Positions 19,295 to 29,179 of a stretch of 64,000 nucleotides of DNA are shown one piece after another. Every line of letters starts with the position of its first letter. Positions within the stretch are counted from its first letter, which is position 1. The notes beneath the pieces are model-generated. The model was not told the DNA's origin. It was given only the letters and a program-made list of their open reading frames with translations, and made no database searches. This DNA is from an uncultured Gammaproteobacteria bacterium (GTDB taxonomy: Bacteria > Patescibacteriota > Microgenomatia > CAZETR01 > Amesbacteraceae), in assembly GCA_964633995.1 (NCBI GenBank), contig CAZWKN010000004.1, positions 1,260 to 65,259 on the forward strand, written 5' to 3'. The translations under genes and the position numbers were made by a program.

Positions 19295-20089
19295 ATGAAA
19301 AAATATTGCTTATTGCTTATTGCGTATTGCCTATTTTTTGGAATTGCCACTTCCCCTGCAAGGGCGGCTATTTCGTATGGAGCGGGTTACTACACCAATT
19401 TATGTGATAGTGGGACGTCGGCTAAGTTTTATAACTGTGATCCTGGGTGTAATCCTTCTTTGGGATCGTGTATCGGGAAGAATGAGGGAGTGGTGAAGTG
19501 GGTATGTAGTGGAAAATGGGATCAGTGTTTGGAATCCGAAAGCAACTGGAGTAATGCTGAAAGTTTTAATGGGATGAGTTGTGGTAAGACGGCGCAGATT
19601 TCACTGTTTGATAAAAAATGTCGCCGTGATGATGGCAGTTGGGATCAAACCTGCGTCTTGAAGGGATATATGGTGTGGTACTCGGGGGATTGTAAATCTG
19701 GGATGGTCGTTGATACGCCAAAACCGACGACAACGGTGGTACCGACTGTAAAAATAACACCGACCAAATCCGTATCTCTGGTGCCTTCTGCAACTCTAAC
19801 TCCGACTCCGACTATCATCGTAAAGATTTCCGAGGCGCCCAGCGTGTGTGGCGTGGCCTGTACTCCTTTGGGTGGATGTAAAGCTGGATTGGTGTGCACA
19901 AAAGGGGTTTGTAGAAACCCTGCATGTAATCAGGAGAGTAGCTGCTTTTGCGGAAAGATATTAGGATCTGCTGTTGCGACAAAGCCGCCCGAAACAGGTT
20001 TTAATGTTTGGCAGTGGAGTATCGTGTGGATGGGAATATTTGGTTTGGGATGGTATTTGAAAAAAATGGCTGTTAAAGTTTGGAAGTGA
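19295..20089 (+). CDS. secreted Cys-rich, PT-repeat surface protein with LPxTG-like sorting signal
   Basis: Signal peptide MKKYCLLLIAYCLFFG, Cys-rich domains, PT linker, PPETG + hydrophobic segment + KKMAVKVWK tail. Confidence 0.8.
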   Translation: MKKYCLLLIAYCLFFGIATSPARAAISYGAGYYTNLCDSGTSAKFYNCDPGCNPSLGSCIGKNEGVVKWVCSGKWDQCLESESNWSNAESFNGMSCGKTAQISLFDKKCRRDDGSWDQTCVLKGYMVWYSGDCKSGMVVDTPKPTTTVVPTVKITPTKSVSLVPSATLTPTPTIIVKISEAPSVCGVACTPLGGCKAGLVCTKGVCRNPACNQESSCFCGKILGSAVATKPPETGFNVWQWSIVWMGIFGLGWYLKKMAVKVWK

Positions 20090-20733
20090 AGCGGGGATTA
20101 ATTTATAAGAGTGGAGTTTATCGGGAGCCTGTCGGTTTGGCTGGGATAGTCGAGGCCCTAAAAGCTGTTGCCAGGTGGCTGGTGAGGGTGGGTAGGTTTT
20201 TGATGGTATTGGCTGTTGTTGGAGCGGTTTATATATATTTACCGTTGGGAATAGCTTGGATAAATTACTCCAACCATAAAGTGACGAAAGAGTTGGTGGT
20301 GGAAGATAATAATTATGCCGTTTTTGTGCCGAAAATTGGTGCTTTGGCGGCGGTTATTCCAAATGTGGACGCTAATAGTAAAGAGGCTTATGGGCTGGCT
20401 TTAAGGGCGGGGGTGGCGGAAGCTGCTGGAATGGCTCATCCAGGTGAGATGGGGACTACTTTGTTATTTGCTCATTCGGTGGGAGATAGGATAGATTTTG
20501 CAAGGTATAACGCAGTTTTTTACTTGTTAGACAAGCTGGGTTTAGGGGATACGGTGGAGATTGTTTATAAGGGTAAATTATTGCGATATGAGGTTGTCCG
20601 GAGAGAAATATTGGAACCAGAAAATAATGCCTATTTTAAGCCTCAAAAATTGTCTGAACAACTGGTTTTACAGACGTGTTGGCCACCAGGGACGACGTGG
20701 AAGAGATTGGTAGTTGTAGGGAGGAGAATTTAG
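20086..20733 (+). CDS. sortase
   Basis: TM anchor, LFAHS, VFYLLDKLGLGDTV, catalytic LVLQTCWPPGTTWKRL. Confidence 0.9.
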   Translation: MKRGLIYKSGVYREPVGLAGIVEALKAVARWLVRVGRFLMVLAVVGAVYIYLPLGIAWINYSNHKVTKELVVEDNNYAVFVPKIGALAAVIPNVDANSKEAYGLALRAGVAEAAGMAHPGEMGTTLLFAHSVGDRIDFARYNAVFYLLDKLGLGDTVEIVYKGKLLRYEVVRREILEPENNAYFKPQKLSEQLVLQTCWPPGTTWKRLVVVGRRI

Positions 20734-20809
20734 TGTTATACTCGCATTTGAACTTCTGGTTTGCCTCAATATTTTTTGATAAATGACCTCTTTTTGAAAT
20801 CTTTGGGAT

Positions 20810-22153
20810 ATGTCTGACAACAATGATGGTGTAATAAATGTTCCGCCCGGACCGGTTTCTGATGGGCAGGATGTAGCAATGGCTTCTCCGGGTGTAAGGT
20901 CTATGATGAGACCTGGTGTGGTCCGAGTTATAGGTAGGGTAGTTCCACGCCCAGCCCCCAGTTTCAATGGCCAGAATCAACAGGCGCGTCCGATAGTTAG
21001 GGCGCCTATTTATCAACAGGAAGAAAGAGTGATTCCCGATTCTGGTTGGCCCACTGAATACGTAGAGGGATTTTTGGATATTACCCCTGATGGGCATGGT
21101 TATTTAAGGCCCAAGATGGTACCCTCTTCTAAGGATGTTTATATTTCTTCTTCTCAGGTAAGAAGGTTTAATTTACGCCCCGGAGATTTGGTGGGTGGCC
21201 AGGCAAGGGAGCCCAAAGAAAATGAAAGATATTGGGGGCTTTTGAAAGTCGAAAAAGTAAATTCTGGGACACCAGAACAGGCGGCAACCAGGCCAGAATT
21301 TGACAACATGACGGCTGTTTTTCCGGAGGAACAGTTGGTTTTGGAGACCGATCCCGAAATAATGTCGACGAGGATCATCGATTTGGTGGCCCCGATCGGA
21401 AAGGGTCAAAGAGGACTTATTGTGGCCCAACCTAAGGCTGGGAAGACATGGTTACTTAGGGACATTGCTCAGTCGCTGACCAAAAATTATCCGGATATGC
21501 ATTTGATGGCGGTGCTTATAGGGGAAAGGCCTGAGGAAGTAACGGAGATTATCAGATCACTAAAGGGAGAAGTGGCTGCGTCGCATTTCGATGAGCCTCC
21601 CTTGGAACAAGTTAGAATTGCCGAATTGGCTTTGGAGCGGGCCAAAAGATTGGTAGAGATGGGTAAGGATGTGTTTATCCTGTTGGACTCGATTACACGA
21701 CTGGCCAGGGCATATAACATGATTACTTCTGGGTCGGGTAGGATGATGTCTGGAGGATTTTCGGCAGAAGCTATTTATCCCGCCAAAAAAGCTTTTGGGG
21801 CAGCAAGAAAATTTGAAGAGGGTGGAAGCTTGACTATTTTGGGTACATGTTTGGTGGATACTGGTTCCCGACAGGACGACTTGGTTTATGAGGAATTTAA
21901 AGGAACCGGAAATATGGAGTTGCATTTGGACAGAAGACTGGCTGATAGGCGAGTGTTTCCGGCATATGATATCTTGAAAAGTGGAACCAGAGGTGAAGAA
22001 AAATTGTTGGGCAAGAGATACGAGAAGGTAATTCAACTTCGGAGAATGTTGGACTTACTAAACGAGGATGAACGGACAGAATTGTTGATTGCGAAAATGA
22101 AAAAGACTAAGAATAACGACGACTTTTTGGAAAGCTTGACGAAGGCTGGTTAA
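20810..22153 (+). CDS. rho: transcription termination factor Rho
   Basis: DVYISSSQVRRFNLRPGD, APIGKGQRGLIV, ERPEEVT, LLDSITRLARAYN, EEFKGTGNME. Confidence 0.97.
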   Translation: MSDNNDGVINVPPGPVSDGQDVAMASPGVRSMMRPGVVRVIGRVVPRPAPSFNGQNQQARPIVRAPIYQQEERVIPDSGWPTEYVEGFLDITPDGHGYLRPKMVPSSKDVYISSSQVRRFNLRPGDLVGGQAREPKENERYWGLLKVEKVNSGTPEQAATRPEFDNMTAVFPEEQLVLETDPEIMSTRIIDLVAPIGKGQRGLIVAQPKAGKTWLLRDIAQSLTKNYPDMHLMAVLIGERPEEVTEIIRSLKGEVAASHFDEPPLEQVRIAELALERAKRLVEMGKDVFILLDSITRLARAYNMITSGSGRMMSGGFSAEAIYPAKKAFGAARKFEEGGSLTILGTCLVDTGSRQDDLVYEEFKGTGNMELHLDRRLADRRVFPAYDILKSGTRGEEKLLGKRYEKVIQLRRMLDLLNEDERTELLIAKMKKTKNNDDFLESLTKAG

Positions 22154-22154
22154 C

Positions 22155-23156
22155 ATGTCCGATATTCAAGCCAGAAAACAGCAACATTTGGTTTTGGCGA
22201 TGGATGAGAGAAGTCAGGGAAATTTGGATTTGTGGAAAGAGGTTGGTTTACCATACAAAACACTGCCAGAGATTAACTTGGCAGATGTAGATACGGCAGT
22301 TAATTTGTTAGGAAAGAAGATTAATCAGCCGTTAATTATCGGGTCGATGACGGGAGGGTCGGAGCATGCGGCCCAGATAAATACAAATCTGGCAATTGCC
22401 GCTGAGCAAATGAGAGTGGGGTTGGGAGTAGGTAGTCAGCGGGTCGCTTTGGAAAAAGCAGATGCGAAAAAGACATTTGAATTAGTTAGAAAATACGCAC
22501 CGACGACGGTGGTTTTTGCTAATATGGGCGCGGTGCAGTTGAACTATGGCCACACGGTTGAGTCGTATAAGAGAGTCGTAGATATGATTTCTGCAGATGG
22601 ATTGTACTTACACATAAACCCCATGCAGGAAGCTTTACAGCCGGAGGGAGACACAAATTTCGAATTTCTAATTTCTAAGATTGAAAAGTTGGTAAAAGAA
22701 ATTGGTGTGCCGGTGTTTGCCAAAGAAGTTGGTGGAGGAATAGATGTGGAATCAGCCAGGAAATTGGTGAATGTGGGGGTAGCTGGAATTGATGTGGCAG
22801 GGGTTGGGGGAACAAGTTGGACATGGATTGAGGGAATGCGGCGGCAAAATGACCGGCTGACTAGTTGGTTTTCTGATGCTGGGTATAGGACAGACGAATT
22901 ATTGCCGAAAATCAGGAAGGAATGCCCTGAAGTGATGTTGGTGGCTAGCGGGGGAGTACGGAGCCCTATTCAGGGGTTAAAAGCCATGATAATGGGGGCT
23001 AACTATTATTCGGCGGCAAGGCCGTTTTTGGGGCCAGCTATGGATTCGGCTGAGGAGGTGGTGAGGTTGGTAGCGGATTGGGAAAGCGGGTTTAGGATTG
23101 CGTTGTTTGGTACCGGCAAGAAAAAACCACCTAATGGTGGCTTGGGCTTTTCTTAG
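22155..23156 (+). CDS. fni: type 2 isopentenyl-diphosphate delta-isomerase
   Basis: RKQQH, LPEINLADVD, SMTGG, GVGSQR, HINPMQE, KEVGGG, GGTSW, SGGVR. Confidence 0.93.
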   Translation: MSDIQARKQQHLVLAMDERSQGNLDLWKEVGLPYKTLPEINLADVDTAVNLLGKKINQPLIIGSMTGGSEHAAQINTNLAIAAEQMRVGLGVGSQRVALEKADAKKTFELVRKYAPTTVVFANMGAVQLNYGHTVESYKRVVDMISADGLYLHINPMQEALQPEGDTNFEFLISKIEKLVKEIGVPVFAKEVGGGIDVESARKLVNVGVAGIDVAGVGGTSWTWIEGMRRQNDRLTSWFSDAGYRTDELLPKIRKECPEVMLVASGGVRSPIQGLKAMIMGANYYSAARPFLGPAMDSAEEVVRLVADWESGFRIALFGTGKKKPPNGGLGFS

Positions 23157-23204
23157 GGTCTTCTTTACAACCCTCGGATCAATCTGGTTTATCGCGATTG
23201 ATAG
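23121..23204 (-). ncRNA. candidate orphan small RNA
   Basis: TTGACT(23233-38), 17 bp spacer, TATACT(23210-15) on the minus strand; hairpins ATCAATC/GATTGAT and AGGGT/ACCCT; terminator AGCCACC-ATTA-GGTGGTT-TTTT; no ORF. Confidence 0.6.
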
Positions 23205-23263
23205 TATTGAGTATACCAGGGGACTTGAAGCAAGTCAATGCTGAGTGGTAAATTGGCCGAACT

Positions 23264-23497
23264 ATGGACAAAAAATTGCTGAAAGAAAAACTGGAAAAAT
23301 TAAAAAAGGATTTAATTCAGCTGGAGACGGTCGAAGCCGAAAAAATAAGACTGAAGCGGATTGAGGCGGATATGGAAGATGATTACAGAGAGAATGAGTA
23401 TGCAAAGATGGTGATGGGGGACCATGATCTGTTGTGGGTTAGAAAGTTGGAATTAAAGAGGGAGATAGTTAAGTTGAAAAAGATGCTTCTTACTTGA
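23264..23497 (+). CDS. small coiled-coil protein resembling the GreA/GreB N-terminal domain
   Basis: KLEKLKKDLIQLETVE...ADMEDDYRENEY resembles the Gre GDLSENAEY acidic tip; no C-terminal domain. Confidence 0.55.
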   Translation: MDKKLLKEKLEKLKKDLIQLETVEAEKIRLKRIEADMEDDYRENEYAKMVMGDHDLLWVRKLELKREIVKLKKMLLT

Positions 23498-24776
23498 CCC
23501 AGATAGCTTGGTCTGAAACGGTGGTGTCAAAGGGGCCGGTTACGGCGCATGAATTGGTATCGGCGACCTGGTTGGTCTTGAGGGACAGGATGTATTTGCT
23601 ATCTGAAGACCAGATTTGGGCTGGGATTGTGGTGGAATACGTAAAATTGGTATAGTCACAGTCAGAAATAAGGTCGCCGCTTAAGGAGTAGGTTTTAAAG
23701 CCTTTGTATGGAAGGAGTACTTTGTCCGATCCGGGGTTGGGAATAGGTACAGAGGAGGTATTTGGTGTATGTCTGTTAAAGAAAAACGAGTCGCCTGATT
23801 TAGTATTGAGATTAAAGGAATATAAGGGGTTTTCGTCGATATTGGGATCGTAAGAATCTTTTTTAAAGTTAAGATATGCAAATGACGGATTGACAGAATT
23901 GAAAGAAATAAGTTCGCCATAAGGTTTCCTGTCGGTTGAACTTTCGGCCAATAATAGTTTCTCCTTGGTTTGGGAGTCGAACAGTATTAATTGGTTGAGA
24001 CTGTTGTAGAGGGTGATGTAGCGGTTATCAGGTGAATAATGGTGAGATGCGGGGTTAAGCTGGTCGGTGACCTTGACAACATTATTTCCGGAATACTCAC
24101 TTTCGTACAAGACTCCGTTTTGAATGTATGAAACTTTGGGTTTGTTGGGAATAAAGACAAGAGAGCCTTCGGAGGCAATATCGACAAGCCTTCTTTTGGT
24201 GGTCATATCAAATAAGGTGTTGGATTTACCAGAATTCCAAACATTGAGATACAAGTTATCGGCCGACCAGGTGGGATGGCTTGGGATTTGGTCTGGCGGG
24301 GTGATAAATTCGGTTAACGGAGCAAGTGTGTTGGCAAGATCTAATACTTTAAGACCTGAAACTTCGGATGAGCCGAAAATAATGGCCAGAAGTTGGCGAT
24401 TTGGGGAGAGTGACAGTTCCAAAACGGGGGACTTTACGTCTAGTAATAGGGATTTTCTGGGTCCTTCGGGAGTAAAATTGATGAGCCAAAGTTGATTATC
24501 GGAAACGGTTATAAGTTGGTGGCCGGAGAGTGCGGTTAGGGGAAGTCTGTTTATGGATGGAGGAGGGGGGTTGGTTGTAAGAGTAGGAATAGGAGATGGG
24601 GAATTTGATGAGGTGGGGAGTGTGGAGGTGGGTTTGGGTCTTGGTTTCGAACCATTTTTAATCAAGGACAATAGGATAATAAGTAATAATAAAATGGCGA
24701 GAATGCCACCGAGAATAGGAAAGAAAAGTTTGGGGATTTTGAGCATGGCGAAGGGGTTTGTGGACGGCAGTTCCAT
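23490..24776 (-). CDS. membrane-anchored beta-propeller (TolB/WD40-like) protein
   Basis: N-terminal TM, Pro/Thr linker, repeats LSPNRQ, WSADNLY, YSPDNRY, WSSDSKY. Confidence 0.75.
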   Translation of the reverse strand: MELPSTNPFAMLKIPKLFFPILGGILAILLLLIILLSLIKNGSKPRPKPTSTLPTSSNSPSPIPTLTTNPPPPSINRLPLTALSGHQLITVSDNQLWLINFTPEGPRKSLLLDVKSPVLELSLSPNRQLLAIIFGSSEVSGLKVLDLANTLAPLTEFITPPDQIPSHPTWSADNLYLNVWNSGKSNTLFDMTTKRRLVDIASEGSLVFIPNKPKVSYIQNGVLYESEYSGNNVVKVTDQLNPASHHYSPDNRYITLYNSLNQLILFDSQTKEKLLLAESSTDRKPYGELISFNSVNPSFAYLNFKKDSYDPNIDENPLYSFNLNTKSGDSFFFNRHTPNTSSVPIPNPGSDKVLLPYKGFKTYSLSGDLISDCDYTNFTYSTTIPAQIWSSDSKYILSLKTNQVADTNSCAVTGPFDTTVSDQAIWVK

Positions 24777-24785
24777 GGAGTTACT

Positions 24786-25784
24786 TTAGACTATTTTGAC
24801 TTCGTATTCCAGGTCGATGTCAAAATGTTTTTTAACATCTGCGCGCATGAGTTCGGAATAATTATAAATTTCTTGACCAGAGGCTCCGCCTAGGTTGATG
24901 ATGTTTAGAGCTTGGTTTGGCGATGTGGAAACTTTGCCAATTTTCTTTCCTTTCCAGCCTAATTCATCTACTACTCTGGCGACAGAAAGTTTGACGTATT
25001 TATCCTGCGTATTGGGATCCGTATATGAAAGTCTGTCGACGGGGTAAGCCAAAAGGTCCGGAACTTGAGTTTGCAGGTGGATAAATTTTTCTTTGGTAAT
25101 AATCGGGTTTTTAAAAAATGAACCGGCAGTACCTACCCTTTTTATGTCTGGGAGTTTGTCTGTGCGGATTTTGATAACGGCGTTAAAAATGTCTCTAATA
25201 GTGAACGGCTCTTTGGCTATTTGTTCTAGGGTTGGAAGTAATGAAGCGTGGCGTGTGGCGCGATATGAGGTTTCCAGGTGAGGAATTTTGGAAAGACGGT
25301 AGGTGGTTGATGTAACTAATAATTCAGGGTGGTTTTTGAAATAACTGTCGCGGTAAGAAAATTGACAATCTGATTTTTGAAAAGTTTGAGAGGAAGTTTG
25401 GACACTAACGAGGACATCTTCCTGGTTTTGGCCGTAGGCGGCGATGTTGCCTATCACGGCGCCACCGACGGTGCCTGGGATTAAGGCCATGTTTTCCAGC
25501 CCAGAGAGATTGTGGTCGACAGACCAGGTGACTAAATCGTGCCAGTTTTGGCCTGCAGCGGTTTCTATTAAAACATCAGTGTCTGTTTCTTTAATAACTT
25601 TAATACCGGAGAAATTTATTTTAACGACGGTACCTAGAAAGTTTTTAGTAAACAGAATGTTGGCGCCGCCACCGAGAAATAAAATTGGTTCGTCTTTGGG
25701 AAGATCATTGGGATTATTTAACTCGATGAAGTTGTTGGCATTAGCGTGGACGCGGAGGGTGTTGTAGGGGAAAAGATCTATCAT
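24786..25784 (-). CDS. murB: UDP-N-acetylmuramate dehydrogenase
   Basis: LGGGANILF, GLENMALIPGTVGGA, FSYRDSYFK, AGSFFKNP; start set at MIDLFPYNT. Confidence 0.95.
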   Translation of the reverse strand: MIDLFPYNTLRVHANANNFIELNNPNDLPKDEPILFLGGGANILFTKNFLGTVVKINFSGIKVIKETDTDVLIETAAGQNWHDLVTWSVDHNLSGLENMALIPGTVGGAVIGNIAAYGQNQEDVLVSVQTSSQTFQKSDCQFSYRDSYFKNHPELLVTSTTYRLSKIPHLETSYRATRHASLLPTLEQIAKEPFTIRDIFNAVIKIRTDKLPDIKRVGTAGSFFKNPIITKEKFIHLQTQVPDLLAYPVDRLSYTDPNTQDKYVKLSVARVVDELGWKGKKIGKVSTSPNQALNIINLGGASGQEIYNYSELMRADVKKHFDIDLEYEVKIV

Positions 25785-25785
25785 G

Positions 25786-27075
25786 CTAGGATTCTTGAAT
25801 GACTGCCCCAAGGGATTTGAGATTGTTAACAAAGTTGGGATGACCGCGGTGAATAGCGTCTGCATTTTGAATGACGGTTTCACCTGTAGCGATCATGGCG
25901 GCCATGGCCATGCTGATGACGGCTCTGATAATGTAGGGAGCTTCCAGTTTGGTGCCGGAAAGTTTGTTGCCGCCGGTTGCAATAACACGGTGTGGGTCGC
26001 ACATGAGAATATTGGCACCGAGTTTGGTAAGTTCCGATGTCCAAAAAAGACCTGCTTCGTACATCCAGTTGTGAAACAAGACTTGTCCAGATGGGGCCGC
26101 GAGTGCCAGGGGGATAAAGAGGGGAAGCATGTCGACAGGAAGGGCGGGCCAGGGTTGGGCGCGGATGATCAAGGGGGATGTGGATTTGGTAATGGTTGGA
26201 GTTTGGCCGGATGCGATGGTGGCCGTATCGGCGTCATAGGTAATTTTGATCCCAAATTTGGCAAATTCCCGATTTATACTAATGGAATGGCCGGGTAGAC
26301 TTTTTTTGACTTTGATTTGGCCGTCGGTAATGGCCCCCAGGGCAAGAAAAGTTCCGATTTCGTAAATGTCGGAGATTACGGTGTATGGTATGGGGGATAA
26401 GGGATGGCCGCCTTCGATGGTAAGAATGTTTGATCCAATGCCAGAAATTTTGGCTCCGGCAAGGTTGAGAAAATTACAGAGTTCCTGTACATGTGGTTCA
26501 CTGGCTGCATGGGTAATCGTGGTGGTGCCGTGTAGGGTGACAGCTAGCATGATGGTGTTTTCCGTGGCGGTGGGACTGGCTTCCAGGAGCCAAACCTGGC
26601 CTGGCTTGGCGCTCGTGGCGTCAAAGATAACTCCGGAAGCGGTGACGTTGACCTTTACCCCTAGGTCTAAAAATGCTTGATAATGGGCATCTATAGGACG
26701 GGCGCCTAAGGTGCATCCAGCTGGTTGTTCTGAGCTTTCGGCTTTTTGGAATCTACCCAACATTGGGCCCCAAAGTAGAGTCGTCCCCCGGATACCCTTG
26801 CCGGTGCCGACGTCGTTTTTATCTAAGGGGTCATATCTGACGGAGGAATTATCGATGGTTAGAGTGCAGGTTTTTTTGTTCCAGTCAATGTTGCTTCCGA
26901 GCCCCATTAGAATAGTTACCAACCTTTGAACATCAGTAATATCGGGGACATTGGTTAGGGTGACTGGTTTGTCAAAAAGAAGGGTGGCTGGGATGAGGGC
27001 GACAATTGAGTTTTTGGAACCTGAGGGAGTAATTTCTCCAGAAAGTTTCTGTCCACCCAGGATAGTGAGATTCAT
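25786..27075 (-). CDS. murA: UDP-N-acetylglucosamine 1-carboxyvinyltransferase
   Basis: SGSKNS, PAGCTLGARPIDAH, ATENTIMLA, AASEPHV, IHRGH. Confidence 0.95.
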   Translation of the reverse strand: MNLTILGGQKLSGEITPSGSKNSIVALIPATLLFDKPVTLTNVPDITDVQRLVTILMGLGSNIDWNKKTCTLTIDNSSVRYDPLDKNDVGTGKGIRGTTLLWGPMLGRFQKAESSEQPAGCTLGARPIDAHYQAFLDLGVKVNVTASGVIFDATSAKPGQVWLLEASPTATENTIMLAVTLHGTTTITHAASEPHVQELCNFLNLAGAKISGIGSNILTIEGGHPLSPIPYTVISDIYEIGTFLALGAITDGQIKVKKSLPGHSISINREFAKFGIKITYDADTATIASGQTPTITKSTSPLIIRAQPWPALPVDMLPLFIPLALAAPSGQVLFHNWMYEAGLFWTSELTKLGANILMCDPHRVIATGGNKLSGTKLEAPYIIRAVISMAMAAMIATGETVIQNADAIHRGHPNFVNNLKSLGAVIQES

Positions 27076-27111
27076 ACTTGATCATTATAGCGAGTAATGT
27101 AAAGTGGGGAT

Positions 27112-27951
27112 ATGGGAATAAGTAAGGTTGTTGTATCGACTCTCAGAAGTCATCCAATGCAATTGCCCACGAGTGAAGAAATAAAACAAATGATGGCTAT
27201 TGAGGCGAAGTGTGATCCTTCAACATCAAAACACTTTCCGGATTTTTCTGTGGCTAATGAATGGTTAGAATTGTTGAAGGTTGAGTCGGATTTATTTTTA
27301 AAGTTTTCTTCTATTGTAGAAACTAACGATGAGGTTGAAAAAATTAAATCAGTGGTAGTCGAGAGAACCCTAAGAGAAAGGCCGATGAGTTTATTTAATA
27401 AGATAGAAGGTTATTTGGGTGAAGAAGATAAACTGGAAAAATGTGAGGTGGCGATTGTGTTTGGTGGAAAAACACTGTCTAGGGCAAATAAGGGTGCGCA
27501 AATGTATTTGGATGGATGGGTTGAAAAATTACTAATGACAGGAAAAGGGCCGGTTTATAAGGGGGTTTTTAAAGAACCAGAAGCAATCGTATTTAAAAAG
27601 AGGGCAATGGAATTGGGTGTTTCAGAAGAGAAAATATTAACCGAGTGTGAATCGATAAATATTCCCAGTAACGTCAGGGCAAGTCTAAATTTGCTTGATG
27701 AATTGGGAATCAAATATAAAACAGTGATGCAAATTATTTCATGGTACGCAAACCGAAGAGCCTGGGTAACTCTGAAAAAGTATGTTGAGCCAGGAGTTCG
27801 GATAATAAGAGTAAATCCGGATTTACCAAAAAATGATGGTAAGCCGAACGGTTACGATAGGGGTGAGTGGTACAAAACTGGGGAAGGGATAGAAATAGTT
27901 TTTAATGAGTTTGTGAAGATGGTGCATCAAGTGGTGACTGATGCTGCGTGA
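27112..27951 (+). CDS. YdcF/DUF218 family protein
   Basis: AIVFGG...SRANKGAQMY...LLMTG...EA...ELGVSEEKILTECESINIPSN. Confidence 0.75.
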   Translation: MGISKVVVSTLRSHPMQLPTSEEIKQMMAIEAKCDPSTSKHFPDFSVANEWLELLKVESDLFLKFSSIVETNDEVEKIKSVVVERTLRERPMSLFNKIEGYLGEEDKLEKCEVAIVFGGKTLSRANKGAQMYLDGWVEKLLMTGKGPVYKGVFKEPEAIVFKKRAMELGVSEEKILTECESINIPSNVRASLNLLDELGIKYKTVMQIISWYANRRAWVTLKKYVEPGVRIIRVNPDLPKNDGKPNGYDRGEWYKTGEGIEIVFNEFVKMVHQVVTDAA

Positions 27952-29179
27952 TGTTGTCTACATATTGTTGGTATTCATCTCGGTAATCCTTGAACAGAGT
28001 GAAACTGGGGGCGGCGGGGGATAATAAGCAAACGGAGTTTTTTGGCGTGTATTCAAAAGCTAATTTGACGGCTTCGGGCATTGAGCCTGTGAACTTCACC
28101 TCGGGGGAGTCCGTTCGGCCACCCCTGAGGTGTTTGGCGCCTTCCAGGTGTTTTTGGACTTCTTGCCAAATACGTTCTCCGGTTATTGGAAATAGAATGA
28201 GGGTTTTGATGCCGGAGGAGATGATTTTTTTAGCTAATTCTTCGTAGTTTTGGTGGCGGTCGTGGCCGCCAGCTATTAAGGTTGTGGGGTGCAAAGTGTC
28301 GATAGCGGCAATGGTGGCTTCGGGAATGGTGGCCAGAGTATCGGCGTAAAATTTGATATTATTTTTTTCGGCGACAAGTTCTAGTCGGGTTTCCAGGGGC
28401 TGGAACAATTTTATTGAATTGAGAATGAATTGGCGGGGAATACCTAGGAGTTCGCCAATAATTATGCTGGGTTTGATATTGTATAGATTGTGTTCGCCCA
28501 ACAGTTGAGATTCGATCGGCTCGGGGGTAATAAGAATTTTTTTGGCTTTGGTTTGGATATCAGGTCTGGTTATTAGGTAATCTGACGTTGTTTGGTATTT
28601 GGTAATATTTAATTTGGCGTTTTTGTATTCTTCGAAATCGTTGTGATAATCAAGATGATCGGGATAAATATTTTGTAAGACGGCGATGTGAGGAGAGACT
28701 GTTAAGTCTAATAATTGATACGAAGAAAGTTCACAGACTACCCAAGTTTCAGGTGTAATTTCATCTAGGTAATCTAAAGCGGGTTTTCCAATATTACCGA
28801 CCAAAACCGTGGGAAAGTGATCTTTGAGAACATGATAAATTAGAGAGGTAGTTGTGGATTTGCCTTTGGTGCCAGTGACGCCAATTGTATTTTTACTGGG
28901 GCAGACTTCGAAAAAGATTTGCATGTGAGAAGTAAATATAATTCCGGCTTTTTTAGCGGCAATGATTTCAGGTTTGTGAGGAGAGATGCCGGGGGTCTTA
29001 ATTACTAATTTGTAATTTCTAATTTCTAATAGATAGTTCGGATTGTCTATTTGATCGACATGGTCGATTTGTAAATAAGGGAATTTTTTGTGGAGAAAAT
29101 TGTAAGTGGATTGACCCTCGCGGGCGAAGCCCAAGATAAGAATTTTGTCTAGTTTGGATATTTGATCAAGAATTGGCAT
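27902..29179 (-). CDS. murD: UDP-N-acetylmuramoyl-L-alanine--glutamate ligase (probably MurD2 type)
   Basis: LGFAREG, TPGIS, GVTGTKGKSTT, GNIG, ELSSYQL, PDHLDYH, LSPAAPSF; start set at MPILDQ. Confidence 0.92.
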   Translation of the reverse strand: MPILDQISKLDKILILGFAREGQSTYNFLHKKFPYLQIDHVDQIDNPNYLLEIRNYKLVIKTPGISPHKPEIIAAKKAGIIFTSHMQIFFEVCPSKNTIGVTGTKGKSTTTSLIYHVLKDHFPTVLVGNIGKPALDYLDEITPETWVVCELSSYQLLDLTVSPHIAVLQNIYPDHLDYHNDFEEYKNAKLNITKYQTTSDYLITRPDIQTKAKKILITPEPIESQLLGEHNLYNIKPSIIIGELLGIPRQFILNSIKLFQPLETRLELVAEKNNIKFYADTLATIPEATIAAIDTLHPTTLIAGGHDRHQNYEELAKKIISSGIKTLILFPITGERIWQEVQKHLEGAKHLRGGRTDSPEVKFTGSMPEAVKLAFEYTPKNSVCLLSPAAPSFTLFKDYRDEYQQYVDNITQHQSPLDAPSSQTH

